Shown one piece after another: positions 50,724 to 63,700 of a stretch of 64,000 nucleotides of DNA. Source of the DNA: Nemertoderma westbladi (lineage: Eukaryota > Animalia > Xenacoelomorpha); NCBI GenBank assembly GCA_032718475.1, contig JAUCBJ010000472.1, positions 1 through 64,000 on the forward strand, in the 5' to 3' direction. The notes below the pieces were generated by a model, which had not been told where the DNA came from, did no database searches, and saw only the letters and a list, made by a program, of their open reading frames with translations. A program made the position numbers and the translations under genes. The first letter of the stretch is position 1. The number at the start of each line of letters is the position of its first letter.

Positions 50724-50982
50724 CATATGTATGAGGCGCCGTTAACGCTAAAAGGTCAGCAATAATATTAAAGGTTTTAAAAAGAATATTAGAGAATTTC
50801 AAACATATTTTCGGCCGAAATTTCGGCCGAAAGTGACATCAAATGAAAGAACTGAAAAAATGTAACAAAATATTTCGGCCGAAATTTTGGCCGAAAATAT
50901 GTTTTGAAATTCTCTAATATTCTTTTTAAAACCTTTAATATTATTGCTGACCTTTTGGCGTTAACGGCGCCTCATACATATG
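50724..50982. mobile_element. palindromic MITE with ~105-bp TIRs and 3-bp TSD
   Basis: catatgtatgaggcgccgttaacg...cgttaacggcgcctcatacatatg; TSD ggt at 50721-50723 and 50983-50985. Confidence 0.88.
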
Positions 50983-52395
50983 GGTAAGATTGTGAGTACC
51001 TGGCGAATATACCTCCCCGTAGATAATACACCAGGCGAGTAGCGGCCCACTGATAGTTGGATCTCCAGCCCGATGTGCAGTGCAGCAGCAGTAGCAGCAG
51101 CATCAGTCAGCGCAGCATCACTGGTTCACACGCACGAATTGTGAGGATGGAGTAGTCCATGGGGTTTGACTGTCTGGCCGAGGGTTGCTGATGCAGTAGT
51201 ATCGGGGGGGTGTTTGGTTCAAACTCTTACAGCGGGCTGCTAGGGATCTGGCTATGGGGCTGAGGATGTGAAAATTGCAGAGTGGTTCATTGTATAAAAA
51301 ATGTATCTATAATATAATCAATCGCTGTCAATAAGCCTAGAAACTAATGTCCCACATTTACATTTACAAACATAACAAGTATTGGAAATAACAGAAAAGG
51401 TGACTTACTGGCATTGAATAATCTGCACAATGAAAAACCAGCACGAACTAACAGACCAGAGAGACACGGCTTCCAAAGTTTGTAATTGATTTGATTCTCC
51501 AAACTGCTCACGCTGACAAAGAACAACCAGAACTGTCGAAGCACCATCGAACAACAGAACTGCATTTGAATATAATTCGTGTGTGCGTGCGTGAGTGCAT
51601 GCGTGAGCGCGTGTGGTAACCAAAATTAAGTGACCACTATAACTGTAGGCCTTAGATGGCCAAGACTGATGTACTGCACTGCTAAATAGATGACAGCACA
51701 AACCAACAAGCTAGCTACCTACATACTGACAACGTGAATTAATGACACATGAGAAATAGAGTGCACTATACTTATAGGGAGCTACTCTGTACAGAGGTCA
51801 ACCTGTTGTATGAAATGTAACATTAAACTAAGTATAAACCCCTGCTATTGGCTCGGCTATTAATTATCGAGTTTGTTAAGCACCGGAACCAAAGCTATGG
51901 CTACCTCTAATCAGAGCAAATATAATAGCACAATAATATTATGGGCCTAAGATTTCGTTGTTAAGTAGATATCACCAATAAATATAAAGGGAATGCATAT
52001 TGGTTCGCGAAAAGCTTGTTGGAGAGAGGATGGACAATACAGTGTAATAATGTATAACATACCCATGTAACTATAGAGAAGGCCAGGTTTGGTAGCTGTA
52101 CATTAATCAGCTGACACAGTCTATTATAACCAACGAACAATATACATATCATAGTCTACCGAAACATCAGACCTTTTTACTAACTGTATGAACCATCCAT
52201 ACCTGGCTGGCCGCGTAGTCAACAAGCTCACGTTTACGATACAGCGCGGCAACCGCACGACTCGGTATCGCAACAATTCACTCACCCAATCAACGCAGAT
52301 TAATTTCAGGTCTAACTTGTGACAGCAACAATTTTTATACATAAAATAATATAGGGCTTGCTGCCTCTTGGAAGGCCTGAAGCCAGGACTCCACC

Positions 52396-52634
52396 GGGTG
52401 TAAATGCTACGCTGACACCCGACTACCAACAACCAACGCCAACAACCACTAGTAAAGCTAATTAATGTTATTCATTAATTGAGGGAAATGAACAGGTTAC
52501 AGTTGAAGGTTATTCTAACCAAAACAATAAACGAGAGTCACGATCTCAGGTTACATTTTCATATTTGATGTTGTCTGTTGTCGGCAGTAGTTGTCGGCTG
52601 TCGGCTGTCGGTTGTCAGCGTAGCGTTTACACCC
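52396..52634. mobile_element. Mutator-like MITE with 9-bp TSD
   Basis: TIR gggtgtaaatgctacgctgaca / tgtcagcgtagcgtttacaccc; TSD gactccacc at 52387-52395 and 52635-52643. Confidence 0.85.
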
Positions 52635-53237
52635 GACTCCACCCATGTTATTTAGGGTGAGATATAAGTTGTGAGAAGCAGTTGGTCGAATAGCAATATA
52701 GGCCACCTTTTGCATACCGATCTGCATACGACTGACTGACCTGGCGAATAGTTTTCCAACTGCACTGTGAATAGACTTTATCTTGAGTGTTGGCAACAGG
52801 AGTACCTAAATGTATAAACCCTTATATAATAATCATTGCACATATAGATCCACGTTACTGCCTAAACTTGGCTAATGTCAGCATAAAATATATTGTGAAT
52901 TATTAATTACCATTTACGCATATATCCAATGCATAAATGTTTTACATGTTATACTCAAATAATTTTATAACAACATGTGTTGTAGACTTTTATGAAAATA
53001 GTTTAGAATAATTGGATATGATAATGCATGATTTATACTATACAATATACACGTGAGCTAGTAACATTTAGTGTCATATTATTGTAATTCTGATTAATTT
53101 ATTAACTAATTAATTAATCCTAACTATTGTCTTATTATACACTATACAGTTAATGAAGTTAGTTAAATATGTAGTTATATAGTTATTATGTAGTTTATAT
53201 AGTGATATTATATAGATAAAGTCTGAACATATTATAA

Positions 53238-53342
53238 ATGAATATATTATTGGTACTAGTTGTGGCCAGCCATGCCATTTTGCGAGCTTCTCCAGTTGTA
53301 TATAAACAGGATGTAACATTACCGATGTATCATCCAACATAC
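53238..53342 (+). CDS. Phm: PHM-like copper monooxygenase, exon 1 (signal peptide)
   Basis: MNILLVLVVASHAILRASPVVYKQDVTLPMYHPTY followed by a phase-0 GTAAGT donor; phase matches exon 2. Confidence 0.75.
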
Positions 53343-55149
53343 GTAAGTATGTTGTGTTTGTACCATCAAACATAATCTAGAGTTTACATACTAAAAATTT
53401 TAGTCATCGCAGAGAGGAATAAAAGAGAAGGGAAGAGAAGAGAAAAGAAAAGAAAAGAAACGCATAGAAGAGAAGAGCAAATAAGATGATAAAGAGAGCG
53501 GGTGACAAATCGAAGAGAAGATACGAGGAGGGAAGAGACGCTATTTTTACACGTACGATAATATTTAAGTTTTGACTTGAAAAAAACATGAAGATGAGAG
53601 AGAGAATTTGGAACAGTCTCGAAGTAAATCTCAGTATAAGGAGATGTATTAATTTATTATCGCTTAATTCGAATTATTAATTATTATATACGATAATCGA
53701 ATAGAACTTTTGAATATCGCGAGTTATCGTTTGTTGATATCGTTTGTTGTTGTTATTGATATCCACCCTCCCCCGCAATTTTTCGAGGGGGGGGGGGGGG
53801 GGGGGAAGCGCTCCGAACATAAATGTTTGGTTGTTCACCCAGCCACTCCATGGCTGGGTGAACATCAGTTTTCAACTGTCCGAGTTTATAGCATTTATAA
53901 AAAGAAACAAGGTTTAGTTCTAAAAATACTGTATTTAACATCGGGACGCTTTCACTAAGTATGTTACATTTACTCAGATCATTAGGATAACATCGATTAG
54001 AGAATAGACCCTAAATGGATTAAAAATAACTATATTTCATATAACATTACTTGTACGCAGCGCTCTAGGTCGAAAATAATTTTATCAATATACCTCGTAT
54101 TCCCTTTTTTTCTCAATAATAGCAAAAATTGGATCGGCGGGCATTCGAGACCCTGACACGCCTTGTCGACAAAGACCTCAATTTTACAAAAAGTTGAATA
54201 ACTCTGCTATTCTTGGGTCTTTTTCGAAATTTTAAAAATTGGCGTATTCCTCTAATGGATTTACATCGATTGGCATCGTTACTTTCGCCAATTTATTTTT
54301 AATTAACTCTTAATTAGCGCTAATTGCTAATTAGTGCATTTTTCTGTAGACTCGGTACTTCTGTCAATATCTAGAGAACTACTTAATACGCGACATCGGG
54401 ACCGCTTCCGTTGGATAGAGGACCCCCTTCCCTACCATATCGCTTGTACATGTTTTTACTTTATTCGCTTACTTCCCGCCGAAATCGACGAAAACGCGAT
54501 CGACCAATCAGAAATCTTCGACGGTCCGGTAGACCCCTAGAATTAAATTTTTTGTATTTTTTTTTATGACTTTTTTTTACTTTCACACTTTTTCGAAATT
54601 CCCACTCCTTCTAGTCGCGCCGGGCCGATGTGCCGCTTTGGCACGCGCCGCTGTCCGTGCGCCACCCTTAAATTCGACTGGCGTGTCTGAAAATGTATCT
54701 TCGTTAGGAAATCGTATGCCCCTAAAAAATTACGACTAATGTGAAGAATGGTGCGATTTCGCAAAAGACACTTTTTTAAAACGCTTATTTAAAAAATTTA
54801 AAGGCGAAATCGAAAATTCCGGCTTCATGGTAACAACCACGGTGAGTTGAACTAGTTGTGTTTCAAATTTCAAGCAATATGATAAAGATTTGTAGAAAAG
54901 TTTGGGGGGATCCCTTGTCATCAGAAAATGACACTATATTACGGGTCATGGTGTAATTTAATTTGTGCAGTTACAATCACTTATAATATATGTACAATCA
55001 TTTCGTAATGTTAAAATTTTGGAATAAAACTATATACACACTTGTTGCAAAGTACTTTACAGTGTTCTGATCCTCGTGTGACTTTATTTGAACATTAAGC
55101 ACTCGGATCACTACACTATAAAGTGCTACTTTACACACAAGTATGTCAT

Positions 55150-55341
55150 TAGTTAGTACCAACCAATAGTAATAGGCGCTGAGCTCTAATATCCACATAG
55201 TTAGTACCAACCAATAGTAATAGGCGCTGAGCTCTAATATCCACATAGTTAGTACCATCCAATAGTAATAGGCGCTGAGCTCTAATATCCACATAGTTAG
55301 TACCAACCAATAGTAATAGGCGCTGAGCTCTAATATCCACA
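55150..55341. repeat. 48-bp tandem repeat x4 in PHM intron 1
   Basis: unit tagttagtaccaaccaatagtaataggcgctgagctctaatatccaca. Confidence 0.95.
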
Positions 55342-55370
55342 CAAATTTCAATTGGCACTGTATTTTTTAG

Positions 55371-55519
55371 AATGATGAATATGTTTGTTACGAATTCCCA
55401 ACAAATCCCAACAAAACAGAATATATTATTGGGTTCGACCCGGTCTTTAAACCACACCGAGTGCATCATATATTAGTTTGGGCTTGTAAACATCCTGCTA
55501 GAGCATATGGAGTTGTTTG
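55371..55519 (+). CDS. Phm: PHM-like exon 2 (CuH His-His)
   Basis: tttttag|NDEYVCYEF..EYIIGFDP..VHHILVWAC..GVV(W)|gttagt, matching PHM DTYFC..VHHMLLFGC. Confidence 0.9.
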
Positions 55520-55928
55520 GTTAGTTAAAATCATTTGGTTATTTGTGTACGACCAGGTAAAATAATCTACTATCCGAGGAATCGATATTTCTGATTGGAA
55601 AATATATATAAAATAAATTCAGTTACTTATTTTATTAATGATAATTTATTATTAAATTTATCACAAATATAAATAAAATTTATATCAAAATATTTGGTTA
55701 AAATTGCCATGTATTTCAAACTAAAAGATCATTGCTACTATTAGAAATGTGCTTTATTGATGTTATGGTTGATTTATATTTATCTCATAACAGATACATT
55801 ATAGTATAGTATAATTCTAAATTTTAATTTAGACTACCGGTATCAATTTATTACCAAATAAATCATCCGTTTTTGAATTGTCAACTTAGATTGTCAGTCA
55901 TAAAATAATACTTGGCAATATTTTCTAG

Positions 55929-56204
55929 GCATTGCGGTGGCGATAGAACTGCGTCCCCTCGACCAATCCCCGACCGGACTGACTCGGCTTGTCGGGACTC
56001 CAGGAACCACACCTTTGTCTACGACTGGGCGATGGACGCCCAAGGTGGTGTTGTGTTCCCGAAAGATGTTGGATTAGCGATCGGCGGAGACACCGGGGTC
56101 GGTTCTATAATTATACAGGTCCATTATGCAGAGGTCGATGAGTTCAGTATGAATCCGAGACTAACCGATGATTCCGGAGTGAAGCTGACTATAACCGATG
56201 AGGC
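55929..56204 (+). CDS. Phm: PHM-like exon 3
   Basis: (W)HC..YDWAMDA..FPKDVGLAIGGDTG..IIQVHY..DDSGVKL; phase-consistent AG/GT sites. Confidence 0.92.
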
Positions 56205-56625
56205 GTTAGTTTTATTATCTGAGAGATTAACAACTGGAATAAATGAGACACATTGAAATTAATTATCAAAAATAAATAAAAATAGTGAAAAGAAAGAACT
56301 AATATCGTTGATTATTGTGGATTTGTTTCAATAATTTGGGAGGAAAAGACTTTCTATTATTAATTTTGATTCTAGGAAGTCATTCTGTTACAGTTTTATT
56401 GATTTCAATATTTTTAATATTAAAGTTTTTTTATTTTTTTTTAATGTTAATTCTGATAATCTCATGATTTTTTTTATAATACTTGCCTGCACATATTATA
56501 TTCTGATTTAGAGTTGGTTTATTTTAATGATTTGTATAGGTCTAAGTCATTCCAAAAATACCTCTCCCTGAATTTATCGGCCTTTTTTTTACTTTATAGT
56601 CCATATTATTCCTGTTTTGTTTCAG

Positions 56626-56690
56626 ACCCAAATATATCGCCAGCATTTACCTCATATTGGGTGGATCACAAGCGAATCCTCATTCAGTTG
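56626..56690 (+). CDS. Phm: PHM-like exon 4
   Basis: tttcag|(A)PKYIASIYLILGGSQANPHSV|gtgagt, matching PHM PLIAGMYL. Confidence 0.85.
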
Positions 56691-56816
56691 GTGAGTTTTA
56701 TTGAGCCACTCAGCAGTTTATATTGTTTAATCTTATTTGTGTTAATAAAATAATAAATGAACAATTAAAAATTGACTCAGCCGAATTTTACTTCACTAAT
56801 CTATGTATATTTCCAG

Positions 56817-56951
56817 GAGTGACAGAAATAGTTTGTAAATGGCCTGACGACGGCCCAACTGTTTATCCTTTTCAGTACCACGTTCATTCTCATTCTACCG
56901 GAGTAGCGATCTCGGGGTACATCGTTAGAAATGGTATTTGGAATGAAATTG
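56817..56951 (+). CDS. Phm: PHM-like exon 5 (CuM HxH)
   Basis: ttccag|..EIVCKW..VYPFQYHVHSHSTGVAISGYIVRNGIWNEI|gtgagt. Confidence 0.92.
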
Positions 56952-57079
56952 GTGAGTTTGTAGTTAATCGTGCAAAACGACCGCAAGCACCAAATGTGTG
57001 TTTAGTTGTTTAAAAACCTAATTTAATTTAATTTAAACATTAAGGGGAAAGAGCAGGTTACAGTGGCGGTGCTGTTTAA

Positions 57080-57206
57080 GGGTCAGGCCACACATTAGCT
57101 CTCAACTTTCAACTTTAATATAAATAAGTTTATGTATGTGTGAAGGTTCCCATAGGCTACAAATGTGTTCAATCTTTAAGTTGAAAGCTGATGTGTGACC
57201 TGGGCC
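57080..57206. mobile_element. PIF/Harbinger-like MITE
   Basis: about 29-bp TIR gggtcaggccacacattagctctcaactt / aagttgaaagctgatgtgtgacctgggcc; TAA TSD; nested in a copy of the dispersed repeat. Confidence 0.8.
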
Positions 57207-57577
57207 TAACCAAAACAACATGCGACCAATTTGCGCTGGAGATGACTTTTATCATTGTGGTTAATGTGCGCCACTATGTGCCGCACTATGTGCACCACAA
57301 TGTGAGCCACAATCGCACAAAGTATGCCACTATCTGAAGTTTGCAGGTAATATGAACCACGCTGCCATCATAACTAAAAGTACAGGATATTTTTTGATGG
57401 GTTCCGGTAAGTCGAAAAATTTAATGATTATTTAAAGAAAGTAAATGTATAAAGGTGACATTAAATGAAAGTAAAGTCATGCAATTTGATATATTCAACA
57501 AAATGTGCCTTGCTAAAAAAATCTTTGAAGCCCTTAGATTCTGTACGATGTTTGAATTAAATGTTAACCAATTTCAG

Positions 57578-57707
57578 GGAAGAAAAGCCCAAAATTGCCG
57601 CAAAGATTTTATCCGACCACAACTAAAGGACTTTCTATTAGACCAGGAGATTACATCGCGGGGAGGTGTACCTACTACAACAACCGGAATGAACGAGTAG
57701 TAAATGG
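57578..57707 (+). CDS. Phm: PHM-like exon 6 (its 3' end is the first satellite monomer)
   Basis: tttcag|(G)KKSPKLPQRFYP..IRPGDYIAGRCTYYNNRNERVVN(G)|gtaggt, matching PHM GRQNPQLPQAFYP..GDILAARC; read-through hits TAG. Confidence 0.9.
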
Positions 57708-60700
57708 GTAGGTGTACCAACTACACCAACCAGAATGAACGAGTAGTGAATGGGTAGGTGTACCAACTACAACAACCGGAATGAACGAGTAGTGAATGGG
57801 TAGGTGTACCAACTACAATAACCGGAATGAACGAGTAGTGAATGGGTAGGTGTACCAACTACAATAACCGGAATAAACGAGTAGTGAATGGGTAGGTGTA
57901 CCAACTACAATAACAACTGGAATAAACGAGTAGTAAATGGGTAGGTGTACCAACTACAATAACAACTGGAATAAACGAGTAGTGAATGGGTAGGTGTACC
58001 AACTACAATAACAACTGGAATAAACGAGTAGTAAATGGGTAGGTGTACCAACTACAATAACAACTGGAATAAACGAGTAGTAAATGGGTAGGTGTACCAA
58101 CTACAATAACAACTGGAATAAACGAGTAGTAAATGGGTAGGTGTACCAACTACAATAACAACTGGAATAAACGAGTAGTAAATGGGTAGGTGTACCAACT
58201 ACAATAACAACTGGAATAAACGAGTAGTAAATGGGTAGGTGTACCAACTACAATAACAACTGGAATGGACGAGTAGTGAATGGGTAGGTGTACCAACTAC
58301 AATAACAACTGGAATGAACGAGTAGTGAATGGGTAGGTGTACCAACTACAATAACAACTGGAATAAACGAGTAGTAAATGGGTAGGTGTACCAACTACAA
58401 TAACAACTGGAATGGACGAGTAGTGAATGGGTAGGTGTACCAACTACAATAACAACTGGAATAAACGAGTAGTAAATGGGTAGGTGTACCAACTACAATA
58501 ACAACTGGAATGGACGAGTAGTGAATGGGTAGGTGTACCAACTACAATAAAAACTGGAATGAACGAGTAGTGAATGGGTAGGTGTACCAACTACAATAAC
58601 AACTGGAATAAACGAGTAGTGAATGGGTAGATCTACCAACTACAATAACAACTGGAATAAACGAATAGTGAATGGGTAGGTGTACCAACTACAATAACAA
58701 CTGGAATGGACGAGTAGTGAATGGGTAGGTGTACCAACTACAATAACAACTGGAATAAACGAGTAGTGAATGGGTAGGTGTACCAACTACAATAACAACT
58801 GGAATAAACGAGTAGTGAATGGGTAGGTGTACCAACTACAATAACAACTGGAATAAACTAGTAGTGAATGGGTAGGTGTACCAACTACAATAACAACTGG
58901 AATAAACGAGTAGTGAATGGGTAGGTGTACCAACTACAATAACAACTGGAATAAACGAGTAGTGAATGGGTAGGTGTACCAACTACAATAACAACTGGAA
59001 TAAACGAGTAGTGAATGGGTAGGTGTACCAACTACAATAACAACTGGAATAAACGAGTAGTGAATGGGTAGGTGTACCAACTACAATAACAACTGGAATA
59101 AACGAGTAGTGAATGGGTAGGTGTACCAACTACAATAACAACTGGAATAAACGAGTAGTGAATGGGTAGGTGTACCAACTACAATAACAACTGGAATAAA
59201 CGAGTAGTGAATGGGTAGGTGTACCAACTACAATAACAACTGGAATAAACGAGTAGTGAATGGGTAGGTGTACCAACTACAATAACAACTGGAATAAACG
59301 AGTAGTGAATGGGTAGGTGTACCAACTACAATAACAACTGGAATAAACGAGTAGTGAATGGGTAGGTGTACCAACTACAATAACAACTGGAATAAACGAG
59401 TAGTGAATGGGTAGGTGTACCAACTACAATAACAACTGGAATAAACGAGTAGTGAATGGGTAGGTGTACCAACTACAATAACAACTGGAATAAACGAGTA
59501 GTGAATGGGTAGGTGTACCAACTACAATAACAACTGGAATAAACGAGTAGTGAATGGGTAGGTGTACCAACTACAATAACAACTGGAATAAACGAGTAGT
59601 GAATGGGTAGGTGTACCAACTACAATAACAACTGGAATAAACGAGTAGTGAATGGGTAGGTGTACCAACTACAATAACAACTGGAATAAACGAGTAGTGA
59701 ATGGGTAGGTGTACCAACTACAATAACAACTGGAATAAACGAGTAGTGAATGGGTAGGTGTACCAACTACAATAACAACTGGAATAAACGAGTAGTGAAT
59801 GGGTAGGTGTACCAACTACAATAACAACTGGAATAAACGAGTAGTGAATGGGTAGGTGTACCAACTACAATAACAACTGGAATAAACGAGTAGTGAATGG
59901 GTAGGTGTACCAACTACAATAACAACTGGAATAAACGAGTAGTGAATGGGTAGGTGTACCAACTACAATAACAACTGGAATAAACGAGTAGTGAATGGGT
60001 AGGTGTACCAACTACAATAACAACTGGAATAAACGAGTAGTGAATGGGTAGGTGTACCAACTACAATAACAACTGGAATAAACGAGTAGTGAATGGGTAG
60101 GTGTACCAACTACAATAACAACTGGAATAAACGAGTAGTGAATGGGTAGGTGTACCAACTACAATAACAACTGGAATAAACGAGTAGTGAATGGGTAGGT
60201 GTACCAACTACAATAACAACTGGAATAAACGAGTAGTGAATGGGTAGGTGTACCAACTACAATAACAACTGGAATAAACGAGTAGTGAATGGGTAGGTGT
60301 ACCAACTACAATAACAACTGGAATAAACGAGTAGTGAATGGGTAGGTGTACCAACTACAATAACAACTGGAATGAACGAGTAGTGAATGGGTAGGTGTAC
60401 CAACTACAATAACAACTGGAATAAACGAGTAGTAAATGGGTAGGTGTACCAACTACAATAACAACTGGAATAAACGAGTAGTGAATGGGTAGGTGTACCA
60501 ACTACAATAACAACTGGAATAAACGAGTAGTGAATGGGTAGGTGTACCAACTACAATAACAACTGGAATGAACGAGTAGTGAATGGGTAGATGTACCAAC
60601 TACAATAACAACTGGAATAAACGAGTAGTGAATGGGTAGATCTACAGAATTACAATAACAAAGGGAATAAACGAGTAGTGAATGGGTAGGTGTACAGAAT

Positions 60701-63700
60701 TACAATAACAAAGGGAATAAACGAGTAGTGAATGGGTAGGTGTACCAACTACAATAACAACTGGAATAAACGAGTAGTGAATGGGTAGGTGTACCAACTA
60801 CAATAACAACTGGAATAAACGAGTAGTGAATGGGTAGGTGTACCAACTACAATAACAACTGGAATAAACGAGTAGTGAATGGGTAGGTGTACCAACTACA
60901 ATAACAACTGGAATAAACGAGTAGTGAATGGGTAGATCTACAGAATTACAATAACAACTGGAATAAACGAGTAGTGAATGGGTAGGTGTACCAACTACAA
61001 TAACAAAGGGAATAAACGAGTAGTGAATGGGTAGGTGTACCAACTACAATAACAACTGGAATAAACGAGTAGTGAATGGGTAGGTGTACCAACTACAATA
61101 ACAACTGGAATAAACGAGTAGTGAATGGGTAGGTGTACCAACTACAATAACAACTGGAATAAACGAGTAGTGAATGGGTAGGTGTACCAACTACAATAAC
61201 AACTGGAATGAACGAGTAGTGAATGGGTAGGTGTACCAACTACAATAACAACTGGAATAAACGAGTAGTAAATGGGTAGGTGTACCAACTACAATAACAA
61301 CTGGAATAAACGAGTAGTGAATGGGTAGGTGTACCAACTACAATAACAACTGGAATAAACGAGTAGTGAATGGGTAGGTGTACCAACTACAATAACAACT
61401 GGAATAAACGAGTAGTGAATGGGTAGGTGTACCAACTACAATAACAACTGGAATAAACGAGTAGTGAATGGGTAGGTGTACCAACTACAATAACAACTGG
61501 AATAAACGAGTAGTGAATGGGTAGGTGTACCAACTACAATAACAACTGGAATGAACGAGTAGTGAATGGGTAGATGTACCAACTACAATAACAACTGGAA
61601 TAAACGAGTAGTGAATGGGTAGATCTACAGAATTACAATAACAAAGGGAATAAACGAGTAGTGAATGGGTAGGTGTACAGAATTACAATAACAAAGGGAA
61701 TAAACGAGTAGTGAATGGGTAGGTGTACCAACTACAATAACAAAGGGAATAAACGAGTAGTGAATGGGTAGGTGTACCAACTACAATAACAACTGGAATA
61801 AACGAGTAGTAAATGGGTAGGTGTACCAACTACAATAACAACTGGAATAAACGAGTAGTGAATGGGTAGGTGTACCAACTACAATAACAACTGGAATAAA
61901 CGAGTAGTAAATGGGTAGGTGTACCAACTACAATAACAACTGGAATAAACGAGTAGTGAATGGGTAGGTGTACCAACTACAATAACAACTGGAATAAACG
62001 AGTAGTAAATGGGTAGGTGTACCAACTACAATAACAACTGGAATAAACGAGTAGTGAATGGGTAGGTGTACCAACTACAATAACAACTGGAATAAACGAG
62101 TAGTGAATGGGTAGGTGTACCAACTACAATAACAACTGGAATAAACGAGTAGTGAATGGGTAGGTGTACCAACTACAATAACAACTGGAATAAACGAGTA
62201 GTGAATGGGTAGGTGTACCAACTACAATAACAACTGGAATAAACGAGTAGTAAATGGGTAGATCTACAGAATTACAATAACAAAGGGAATAAACGAGTAG
62301 TGAATGGGTAGGTGTACCAACTACAATAACAACTGGAATAAACGAGTAGTGAATGGGTAGGTGTACCACCTACAATAACAACTGGAATAAACGAGTAGTA
62401 AATGGGTAGGTGTACCAACTACAATAACAACTGGAATAAACGAGTAGTGAATGGGTAGGTGTACCAACTACAATAACAACTGGAATAAACGAGTAGTGAA
62501 TGGGTAGGTGTACCAACTACAATAACAACTGGAATAAACGAGTAGTAAATGGGTAGGTGTACCAACTACAATAACAACTGGAATAAACGAGTAGTGAATG
62601 GGTAGGTGTACCAACTACAATAACAACTGGAATAAACGAGTAGTAAATGGGTAGGTGTACCAACTACAATAACAACTGGAATAAACGAGTAGTGAATGGG
62701 TAGGTGTACCAACTACAATAACAACTGGAATAAACGAGTAGTAAATGGGTAGATCTACAGAATTACAATAACAAAGGGAATAAACGAGTAGTGAATGGGT
62801 AGGTGTACCAACTACAATAACAACTGGAATAAACGAGTAGTAAATGGGTAGGTGTACCAACTACAATAACAACTGGAATAAACGAGTAGTGAATGGGTAG
62901 GTGTACCAACTACAATAACAACTGGAATAAACGAGTAGTGAATGGGTAGGTGTACCAACTACAATAACAACTGGAATAAACGAGTAGTGAATGGGTAGGT
63001 GTACCAACTACAATAACAACTGGAATAAACGAGTAGTGAATGGGTAGGTGTACCAACTACAATAACAACTGGAATAAACGAGTAGTAAATGGGTAGATCT
63101 ACAGAATTACAATAACAAAGGGAATAAACGAGTAGTGAATGGGTAGGTGTACCAACTACAATAACAACTGGAATAAACGAGTAGTAAATGGGTAGGTGTA
63201 CCAACTACAATAACAACTGGAATAAACGAGTAGTGAATGGGTAGGTGTACCAACTACAATAACAACTGGAATAAACGAGTAGTGAATGGGTAGGTGTACC
63301 AACTACAATAACAACTGGAATGAACGAGTAGTGAATGGGTAGGTGTACCAACTACAATAACAACTGGAATAAACGAGTAATGAATGGGTAGATCTACAGA
63401 ATTACAATAACAAAGGGAATAAACGAGTAGTGAATGGGTAGGTGTACCAACTACAATAACAACTGGAATGAACGAGTAGTGAATGGGTAGGTGTACCAAC
63501 TACAATAACAACTGGAATAAACGAGTAGTAAATGGGTAGATCTACAGAATTACAATAACAACTGGAATAAACGAGTAGTGAATGGGTAGGTGTACCAACT
63601 ACAATAACAACTGGAATAAACGAGTAGTGAATGGGTAGGTGTACCAACTACAATAACAACTGGAATAAACGAGTAGTGAATGGGTAGGTGTACCAACTAC

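Noticed and set aside
54007-54947. DNA transposon with gaccc...gggtc ends in PHM intron 1
   Set aside because: The inverted match is too short and no TSD could be established, though the block is probably TE-derived.
54998-55469. Minus-strand repetitive ORFs
   Set aside because: They are products of the 48-bp repeat and antisense to PHM exon 2.
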